64,000 nucleotides of DNA from Naegleria gruberi (taxonomy: Eukaryota): the NCBI GenBank assembly GCA_000004985.1, contig GG738885.1; one strand, 5' to 3'. Below, in pieces: positions 48,387-56,445 of this stretch. The position numbers and the translations under genes are program-made. Below the pieces are notes generated by a model. That model was given only the letters and a program-made list of their open reading frames with translations. It was not told where the DNA came from and did no database searches. Position 1 is the first letter of the stretch; the number at the start of each line of letters is the position of its first letter.

Positions 48387-49496
48387 ATGTGTATAGTGCC
48401 AACAACCTCATTCAGCGAATTTAAAAGTATTGGAGAGGAAGAAGTAACGTCCAACAATGTATTAAGGATGAAAAGCTCTTCTTTAAAGTGCGAGCACTCC
48501 TTAATACGCAATCAGAGCTTACCAACAATAAGCATTCGACCAATCAAGCCACGACAAGTCCTCAACAACATGTTCCACCTCTTTATTGAGATGATTGTTT
48601 ACTTGATGAATGCAATGTACATGGCCACAGTATTTGATGTTGATGAATTGTTCCTCCCGATACAAAAGCAAATAGAAAGCAATCACTTTACCTCATCGTC
48701 ATTATCAATGGATAAGAAACATGCTAAGGAAAATTCTGAAATACCAACAACGAGAGAACTTCCCTTTGAAAGATTAACACAATCAGTTTCTTCTCTCCTT
48801 TCTCCGCCACGATCTCCAGTCAATAAGCAACATGATGCAAAATTATCTCCCAATAAGAGAAATTCTTCCTTCACCGACTTGTTTGCTCAATCTTCTCCTA
48901 GTCCATATTCCAATTTGATTGTCCTGAATGCACACTATGAGCAAATGATTATGGACATTAAGCAGACAAGCAATGTTCCCACCAATAACATGCCAACAAC
49001 AATTTCCACACCAATGAATTATGTACATAATAATGGGAAAGAAACAACAAGGAAAGAAAAGATTAAACAAACACCACTCACAACATGTGATTTCTTGATT
49101 CCAACCATTCAAATTGATTGTCCACCTGTTGAAGAACAGGAAATTTCGAATGTTACTCCACCAGAAACCATTTCTCTATTTGAATCTCCACAAGAACTCA
49201 ACCAAGCAAGAAGGAGGTCCAATTCGTTTTTTCCAGTTCAACCACCAGAGAAAACATTAACTCTAAATGGAACTAATGTAGATCAGCATGAAAATCCCAT
49301 TTTCATTGTAATTCCACCTGTTGAAGCTAGTAGTAATAACAATTCGAATGATTGCTTTGTTTCGAATAATGTGAATAGTGCATTATCAACATTCACAAAA
49401 CCAACCATTACGAGAAAGAAAAATTCCTTTACAAACTTGCTAAAACCAAACTTTCCTCAACCAACAATCTGTAAATTAGCTACACTGCACAACTAA
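48387..49496 (+). CDS. S/T/N/P-rich low-complexity protein of unknown function
   Basis: 369-aa intronless ORF with start ATG at 48387. I did not recognise any domain. Confidence 0.4.
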   Translation: MCIVPTTSFSEFKSIGEEEVTSNNVLRMKSSSLKCEHSLIRNQSLPTISIRPIKPRQVLNNMFHLFIEMIVYLMNAMYMATVFDVDELFLPIQKQIESNHFTSSSLSMDKKHAKENSEIPTTRELPFERLTQSVSSLLSPPRSPVNKQHDAKLSPNKRNSSFTDLFAQSSPSPYSNLIVLNAHYEQMIMDIKQTSNVPTNNMPTTISTPMNYVHNNGKETTRKEKIKQTPLTTCDFLIPTIQIDCPPVEEQEISNVTPPETISLFESPQELNQARRRSNSFFPVQPPEKTLTLNGTNVDQHENPIFIVIPPVEASSNNNSNDCFVSNNVNSALSTFTKPTITRKKNSFTNLLKPNFPQPTICKLATLHN

Positions 49497-49791
49497 TAAA
49501 CTAATTTGCCAAGGTTTAGGATATTCACACGAGCATGATTCCAATATTATTCAAAAGAAAGTGATTTCCAAAACAATTTGTTGGACATTACATGTTGCTT
49601 GTATCAGTTTTGTTTGGCAATCGCTCTGTGTCGGTCAGTTTACCACCATGCGCCACATCAATGTCAATTGTCAACACTGACGACACTTAACAATTCCACA
49701 AGCTGAAAAAAAACAACTTCCAACACTCCTTTTCAAAACACATTGTTGAACTAAAACTTACAAAACCAATTGATAGCCACCAACACCCATC

Positions 49792-51666
49792 ATGGTTTCA
49801 ACTAGCAAGAAGAAGAACTCTTCTTCAAACACTTCCCTACCAAATAGTCCAGCCATTTCCATCACTTCAGTTGAAAGCAATGACATGAACAATTCACCAT
49901 CTTCTCTTCCTTCCTCTCCTTCGAATTCTTCCAATTTTTTCTCTTCTTCACCGAACAGCAAATCACCTGGTAGAAGACTTCACTTTTTTCCCGCCAAATC
50001 TCCTAAAAAAAAATCTACAACTTCCATCTCTACTGATTCACTTCATGCTGCAAGTAATACTAATCATGGTTGTGATGCGATAGGTGATTATACCTTTTCG
50101 TATGAGGCTGTGCTAGATGATGAGGAGACGAGACAGTGTTTATTGGAATATATGAGGACGATTAGATGTGAGGAAAGTTTGTTGTTTTTAGATCAGGTGA
50201 ATTCATTTCATAGAAAAAGATCAACTGCGAATAGGTGGAGTATGATACAGTCAATATTTGAACAATTCTTTTGTGAGCACTCGAAATATGAATTGAATTT
50301 ACCACAGAGAGTTAAGGATATGATGATTCACACCTATTCGGACGTTGTTGAGGAAATTGCTCATAGGAAGAGAATGAATCTTGATGAGGATACTAATAGT
50401 AGTAGTAATTCCAGATCATCATTGGAACAAGCAAATCAGCCACCACCACAACAACAAGTAAAACAAAACAAGAACAAGAATAATAATGAAAAGAGTAATA
50501 ATAATAATAGAAATTCTAAGGATGATTTGGATGTTTCACTAGGTTCTTTGGATTACATAGATTTGAGTGATTGTGAGGAGGCCCTAAAGAAGGCAGAGAG
50601 TTACATCCTCATCAACTTGAAAGAATATGTCTTTCCAAAGTTTGTCGGCTCTGATCACTTTCAAGGATTCATCTCAACAAAGAGCAAGACCTTTATTAAT
50701 ACTATTGGTACGGTGAAGGCCTTATCTCATTCGTGCTTTGTTGAATCATTGATGGACATGAGGAGGTGTGAAATTAATGTAGATCAAGTGAGAATGATCA
50801 AGAAACATGTCTTTGATACCAGATATTGGGATTGTATCTATCAGAAGGAAACAAGCTATGGTTTTATTTCTTCAAAAAAGTACATTCTTGGTGAGGACGA
50901 TCACGCTAAGGGTGTTTACTTTGCCAAGTGTGAAGTGATCTTTCCTTACTCTGCTGACCAAATTATGAATATCATGACCAATACAAAGAATAGAATTGAA
51001 CACGACAAGAATTTGGAAGATATCAAGAGAATTGGTTATAGAAACAAGTCTGGAACTACAAATTTTAATCCAAATCTGGTACATTCCAGTGATGAAGATG
51101 AGGATACACTCTCTTCCACTAGCTCTGCAATGTCTGACCTTCACGATACTGCATCTTCCAGATCTCATACATCAAATCATTCACATCAACAAACAAATCA
51201 TCATTCGCCAATATCAGGAAAAACCAAATTGGCCACCACATTAACACATGAACGATACAAGCTTGGTTGGCCAATCAAGTCTAGATATTATTTGCTCGCT
51301 CAGAGTATGGTACATGATACAACAGATAACATGTACATTATTGCAAAAAAGTCTTGCAGAATTCCAAATTATGATCCAGATGAAGGAACAAATATTGAAG
51401 CCATCAATATTGGTTGTTGGATGTTTCAACCTTTACTAGATGAAAATCAAAAGCCATGTTGTAAATACATTCAATTTGTTGGAACAGATTTGAGAGGAAA
51501 CATTCCAACATTTATCATTGAAAAGATTGTTAGAAAGAGAACTAGTAACTTTTACAAATCCACCATGAAAATGATCAAAGCTTGCGAAGAAGAGTCCACA
51601 ACAAGACCATTCGATTCAAGTGGTTATTTCGATACTCTAGATGAGAATGGCAGCATGGCTCTCTAA
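49792..51666 (+). CDS. RGS-domain + START (StAR-related lipid-transfer) domain protein
   Basis: An N-terminal S-rich region precedes an RGS-like segment (FSYEAVLDDEETRQCLLEYMRTIRCEESLLFLDQVNSF..MIQSIFEQFF). The C-terminal ~220 aa carry a START pattern (..GVYFAKCEVIFPYSADQIMNIMTNTKNRIEHD..RYKLGWPIKSRYYLLAQSMVHDTTDNMYIIAKKS..KYIQFVGTDLRGNIPTFIIEKIV). Confidence 0.55.
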   Translation: MVSTSKKKNSSSNTSLPNSPAISITSVESNDMNNSPSSLPSSPSNSSNFFSSSPNSKSPGRRLHFFPAKSPKKKSTTSISTDSLHAASNTNHGCDAIGDYTFSYEAVLDDEETRQCLLEYMRTIRCEESLLFLDQVNSFHRKRSTANRWSMIQSIFEQFFCEHSKYELNLPQRVKDMMIHTYSDVVEEIAHRKRMNLDEDTNSSSNSRSSLEQANQPPPQQQVKQNKNKNNNEKSNNNNRNSKDDLDVSLGSLDYIDLSDCEEALKKAESYILINLKEYVFPKFVGSDHFQGFISTKSKTFINTIGTVKALSHSCFVESLMDMRRCEINVDQVRMIKKHVFDTRYWDCIYQKETSYGFISSKKYILGEDDHAKGVYFAKCEVIFPYSADQIMNIMTNTKNRIEHDKNLEDIKRIGYRNKSGTTNFNPNLVHSSDEDEDTLSSTSSAMSDLHDTASSRSHTSNHSHQQTNHHSPISGKTKLATTLTHERYKLGWPIKSRYYLLAQSMVHDTTDNMYIIAKKSCRIPNYDPDEGTNIEAINIGCWMFQPLLDENQKPCCKYIQFVGTDLRGNIPTFIIEKIVRKRTSNFYKSTMKMIKACEEESTTRPFDSSGYFDTLDENGSMAL

Positions 51667-51858
51667 TTACAAATTACAATATAATAATATTTGAAGTAAA
51701 TCAAATAATAATAATTTGTCAGTTGCATTCCTGAAACTTATTCAACGAAATTTAATCTTTTGCAAATGGTAACTTGGTTTTATAATTGATGAAAACTGAC
51801 AAGGCCCATTTTAGAACATTTTCCATCACAATTTCATCAAACAATAATAATTTAAAAA

Positions 51859-52725
51859 ATGAAACAAGGCAGTCAAGCCGACAAATCATCACAACTCTTG
51901 TCAAAAACAAAGGATTATATCGACAAGACATTTGACACAAATTATTCACGTGATTGGAATGCCAATCAAGTGGTTTCCTGGATTAAATTAATAGGATTGG
52001 ACTCGTTCGCCAAATCCTTCTCCAAAATTAAAAATCTAAACGGTGATTATCTCTACAAGAATATTCTACAATCGGAAGAAGCCAATTTGGCATTAAATTT
52101 TAAATTTATTACCAAGTTTGGAAGTATTAGAAAATTATTTTTAAATTCTCAACAATTGAAGAATAATTTGTATCATTTGAATGCGGAAATGGTCATGAGC
52201 GAGGTGATTAAGAATCCAAATGTGCTTTCTCCCAAGAGTTTGAGTATTTTCTCTAAAAAAGAAGAAAGTTCTCTAAGTTCAGGTGGAAGTTTCGATTCAC
52301 TCTTCAAGAGTATGAGTGAAAGTAGTTTATTTGAAGACGATACCATGGATTTGATAACTACTAGTTATGGAAAAACAAGTGGGAGGAGTGAAAATTGTTT
52401 ACAAAATGTAACCAGTGATTCGTATATTGATTTTAAGGCCTTACCTTCAATTGATATTGCTTATTATTTAAAGAGGAAACGAATTTTAACATCAAAGGAA
52501 CATTTATCAATTGTTTTGCAACATGCCATTGATGGACAAGTTTTCCTCTCAATGAAAACTCGATTGGATTGGATTCAATTGTTTGTTTTTCATTATAAGG
52601 AATATTATCTGAGCCCTGAGGAGGTTGATATTGAGGCATATTATGTGAAAAATTGTAAATCAAATCTTGCTTGGCCAAATTCAGAACAAATTGAAGCTCT
52701 GAAAAATATTGTCACTTCACAGTGA
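51859..52725 (+). CDS. SAM (sterile alpha motif) domain protein
   Basis: WNANQVVSWIKLIGLDSFAKSFSKIKNLNGDYLYKNIL fits the SAM consensus; the rest is unassigned. Confidence 0.5.
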   Translation: MKQGSQADKSSQLLSKTKDYIDKTFDTNYSRDWNANQVVSWIKLIGLDSFAKSFSKIKNLNGDYLYKNILQSEEANLALNFKFITKFGSIRKLFLNSQQLKNNLYHLNAEMVMSEVIKNPNVLSPKSLSIFSKKEESSLSSGGSFDSLFKSMSESSLFEDDTMDLITTSYGKTSGRSENCLQNVTSDSYIDFKALPSIDIAYYLKRKRILTSKEHLSIVLQHAIDGQVFLSMKTRLDWIQLFVFHYKEYYLSPEEVDIEAYYVKNCKSNLAWPNSEQIEALKNIVTSQ

Positions 52726-52870
52726 GCTAGATGTCAATAATTTTGTTAAATTGATATCAAATGAAATCAAATGAAATGTAAATAATATATAAGAATTTAA
52801 ATATCTTTCAATATTATCATGGCTGATTAGTTTGTCCCAGCGGAAAGTGAACGAATCAAAGTGGAAAAAA

Positions 52871-53167
52871 ATGACTTCGGAAAAACCTTTCAGACTTCAC
52901 ATCTGTACCACGATTTTCATTGTCTTTCTCATCTTTTTCTTCCCACCTCTAGCAGTCTTCTACATGCTAATTATTTTCCCCATGTTTCATTCAGAGTTTC
53001 GTCAAAAATTACGAAACTTGGGAACTTTTTGGTCGGAGCAAGATCCAAGTCATCCATGCGTGCATGTCATGATTTGTCTGTTGGGAACTTGTTTGTGTTA
53101 TGTTCCTGGATTATTATACTGTTTTTATATTACTTTTGCATTCTTGATTCACACAGAAGGAAAATAA
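52871..53167 (+). CDS. Pmp3/UPF0057-family small proteolipid with an unusually long inter-helix loop
   Basis: FFFPPLAVF and ICLLGTCLCYVPGLLYCFYI match the Pmp3/RCI2 consensus (LPP.AVF ... ICLLLT.LGYIPG.IYA.Y). First ATG at 52871 (track start 52832 is TTG). Confidence 0.45.
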   Translation: MTSEKPFRLHICTTIFIVFLIFFFPPLAVFYMLIIFPMFHSEFRQKLRNLGTFWSEQDPSHPCVHVMICLLGTCLCYVPGLLYCFYITFAFLIHTEGK

Positions 53168-53180
53168 ATGTTTCGAATAT

Positions 53181-54869
53181 TTATTTATTGGAAGGAACTT
53201 TGAGAGAATCAAGATTAAGACCTGATTTACTGTCTTGAGCCTTCTTACTCTTTCTCACAGTTGGAAGTTTAATCTTGAGTGATTCCTTCTTTGTCTTTTT
53301 CTGGAATTCAACTGTTTGCTTGAATCGGTGATGGGTGTCAAGCATCAAAATACAAACTTCTCCTTCCACTGGATCGAAAATCATATCACTAAGATGTTCA
53401 TTCTCTCCTGATGCAAACAAATCTAATTGAGTTTTGACCTTGTCAGCTGCATGTTTGTTGATGTTGACAGATTTGTCACCATTGACATCTAGGAAATCAG
53501 TAAAGATTTCAAAAGCAACTTCGTACTTTTTCTTTTCAATTTCAATTAAATCTCTTTCAGTATAACCCTTTTTCTTCTTCTTTTTACCTTGGCTGTCACT
53601 ACTCATTGAAGTTGATGTTGAACCAGTGTCAGAAATGGCATCTGAAAAGGCGACAGTTAGCTCTTGATCATCATACAAGAATACTTGAATTTCAAATGAT
53701 TTCTCACATAAAATCTTGTAATCTGTAATCTTGTCAAGTAACAAGTAATTTTCCAAGCTCATTTCTTGTTTACAATATTCTTTGAATAATTTTCTAAGTT
53801 TGTTATCTCTCATGGTGTCCATAAGCATGTAGGCGTTTGCTTTCTTCAATCTCTTATTGTTGGCATTGTCAGAATTCATGGAAAAGGCAAGTGACATGAT
53901 GACTACTGGAATAACAATGACAATTGACACACAGACAATAATTAATTGCAAAGTGGTCATGGTAGTTGAGAAATCTCTATAGCTAACCTCCAAAGCCTTA
54001 AAATAATCAACAGAAGGCTTGAATTCCACTTCATACCAAGGTAAATAATCTTGATAGGTGTCAGAGCCAATTAAATTCATGGCAGCTGTAAAGTTTCCAG
54101 CTTTGACCATACTAATAGCTTGTCTCTCAACACTCATAGCCTTCACTGTCTTCATATCATAAATTGTTATATTATGTTTGACAGAATATCTCAATTCATT
54201 TGGCATGTATGCCAACATGTTATTAATTTCAGTATTGAACTTGGTTGAGTAATTTCCATAGAGATTGGCATAGCCAAGAGCAACTGTCTTGTTGTTATTG
54301 GCATAGACTGCTGAACGACATGTGTAAACCATCATGTCTCTATAATAGGAAGTGTCAAGATCCATATTTGAAATTGATGTCAATAAATTATTGCTGCCAA
54401 CGTAGCCAACAATAATGACAGTGAGTAATGCGATGAAACCAAGTAGATTAGCAGTTAAACTAGTCAAATTGACAAGCTTGAAGGATGACAGCTTGAGGGT
54501 AGTTCCACAACACATTCTGATGGCAAATAAAGAATTTGACGAGTGACTTGTCCTAGATCCAGTTCCAGATTTCTTATGGGAAGCAACAGAACTCTTCTTT
54601 TTAGACTCTTTAATGATGGTAGAAGCTGCTGGCTCTGTTGCAAAATTTGCTTTTGGTTTTGGACTGGTTGGAGTTGTTGGCGTTTGACATTTTTCCTTGA
54701 CAAGATGATCCATAGAATGACTCGAGCTAGAAAAGGATGAAGAAGCATCACCTGCTGTAAAATTTGTTGGAGTCAAGTAATAATCACAATTATGAACGTC
54801 TATTCCATTCAATTCTTCGATTGCTTTTTGCATGGAACTGTCAGCTGACACTGAAGTTGATTCTTGCAT
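53181..54869 (-). CDS. Receptor-like RGS protein, paralog 2 (TM1, sensor-like ectodomain, TM2, RGS)
   Basis: Same architecture as 32902..34407: TM helices LLGFIALLTVIIVGYV and LQLIIVCVSIVIVIPVVIMSLAF, and RGS blocks YMLMDTMRDNKLRKLFKEYCKQEMSLENYLLLDKITDYK..EIFTDFLDVNGDKSVNI..VCILMLDTHHRFKQT. Confidence 0.65.
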   Translation of the reverse strand: MQESTSVSADSSMQKAIEELNGIDVHNCDYYLTPTNFTAGDASSSFSSSSHSMDHLVKEKCQTPTTPTSPKPKANFATEPAASTIIKESKKKSSVASHKKSGTGSRTSHSSNSLFAIRMCCGTTLKLSSFKLVNLTSLTANLLGFIALLTVIIVGYVGSNNLLTSISNMDLDTSYYRDMMVYTCRSAVYANNNKTVALGYANLYGNYSTKFNTEINNMLAYMPNELRYSVKHNITIYDMKTVKAMSVERQAISMVKAGNFTAAMNLIGSDTYQDYLPWYEVEFKPSVDYFKALEVSYRDFSTTMTTLQLIIVCVSIVIVIPVVIMSLAFSMNSDNANNKRLKKANAYMLMDTMRDNKLRKLFKEYCKQEMSLENYLLLDKITDYKILCEKSFEIQVFLYDDQELTVAFSDAISDTGSTSTSMSSDSQGKKKKKKGYTERDLIEIEKKKYEVAFEIFTDFLDVNGDKSVNINKHAADKVKTQLDLFASGENEHLSDMIFDPVEGEVCILMLDTHHRFKQTVEFQKKTKKESLKIKLPTVRKSKKAQDSKSGLNLDSLKVPSNK

Positions 54870-55880
54870 GATTGAGTTGTAGATTTGTTTTTTTTGTATG
54901 AGTTAGAGTTAAAAGACTGTATAGATGATGTATATTTAATGTTATTTAATTGTGATCTGTGACTGATGTCAAGATGTTCAATTAGTCGAATAATGAAGTA
55001 AAATGGTCATTGTAAGTTTAATCTGGATATCTTTGTAATGTCCGTTGAATAGGTTGATGTTCAATAATGGATCGTATGATCAGAAATGAAATCTTTATTT
55101 CTATTTTTGGTTTTAGACACTTTCGAATAATGAAATTGTTGCTCCGCTTTTTCATGGAGAAGGAATATTCGAAAGAGTGTTTGTACTCAAGTCTCTTTTT
55201 ATTGTATTTTGGATTTATTTGAGGTATTTTTTATTGTAAAGTGATATCTAGGGTTTCGAATATTTCAGTTGTGTTGAACACTATCGAATAGTTTAGTGAG
55301 GACAACGACCCATTTCGTCTGAATGCTTCATTTGTATTTAAGTGGCAAAATCAAAGTGCATCAAAACAATTGACAGCTGTAGAGGTATTTCTGTAAAGTA
55401 TTTGATTAGTGGCATATTTCTATTTTGTATGAACCAACAGCAATGCGAATAATCCACCAAATTCCAAAAATTGAATAGAAAATTACTGATTTTAATGTAG
55501 TGAGCAAATAAAATCAGTAGATTCTTCATTAAAATACAAATATTAATGTGAACTTGCGCTTTACGAAACTAGAAGAATGTCAGAAAGGCAAAGAGATGTT
55601 GTAAATAATTTTCAGGAAATTAACAATGAAGAATGAAAATATATTGAGAATTGTTACCCAAACTCGACAGTTTGTTACAACTTTTTAGAATAATCTCTAC
55701 TAAATTTCTAAATATGGAATTTTAATTATTAAAATTGGTGCAAGAGTCCAAAATCTCTTTGAAAAAATTCAATATTGAAAGAAATGGAAATTATAGAGTT
55801 AAGAATTATCAATTTTTCGATTAGATTTTAACCTTGTATGTCAGATTTTTGGCAGGTGACTTTGAAAAAAAACAACTGAC

Positions 55881-56129
55881 ATGCCACTTCGTGAAATCCT
55901 CAAAATTTTGATGGAAGATTTCATCCACTCGATGCTGATTTCCACCATTGTTGTGGACATCTTTGGTTCGAGTAACCAAAGCGAATCCTTTCAAATGCCA
56001 AACCATTACTCAATTCCAAATTGTGACATTTCCCATATTGAGAAATGTATTAATCCGTCCATTGTTATCGTTAATTTACATTTTCATCAGACGATCTTTG
56101 ATATCAAGTACTATAAACTTAAAAGTTAG
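55881..56129 (+). CDS. Small (82 aa) ORF, member of a two-copy local family
   Basis: Its protein-level paralog is at 63084..63338. The two share ST.I.D.F ... [IL]PN.DI..IEK...PS.VIVNLHFHQTIFDIKY, and nucleotide divergence is mostly synonymous-like. Confidence 0.35.
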   Translation: MPLREILKILMEDFIHSMLISTIVVDIFGSSNQSESFQMPNHYSIPNCDISHIEKCINPSIVIVNLHFHQTIFDIKYYKLKS

Positions 56130-56445
56130 GAAAGATTCTCAAAGAGTTTCGAAAACATTTGGTGAGTTTCCATTAGAGTTCAACAGTAAGGTAAATGATC
56201 AATTGCCATATATGAAGGAGAGACTTTGGAATTATAAAAACTCCAGGCTGTTGTAATTTTTTCTTCCAGATTGCAAATCTTATCTTTGGTAATGTTCTTG
56301 TTTCGTCCAATCAACAAGAAAATAACCCTAAGAGTGGATGTAGTTGGTGGTGTAGCCGGTAGCCGGTTACAGCCGGATGGTAGTGCGGGTAGTCGGAAGC
56401 TGTTGAATACACCTTCAAAGCCAAAAATTAATAAAAGTTCTATTT

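Noticed and set aside
55960-55990. Perfect 6-bp hairpin ctttgg-ttcgagtaa-ccaaag with a T-loop-like GGTTCGAGT, considered as a tRNA fragment
   Set aside because: No cloverleaf can be built around it, and it lies inside the conserved small ORF (coding ..DIFGSSNQSES..).
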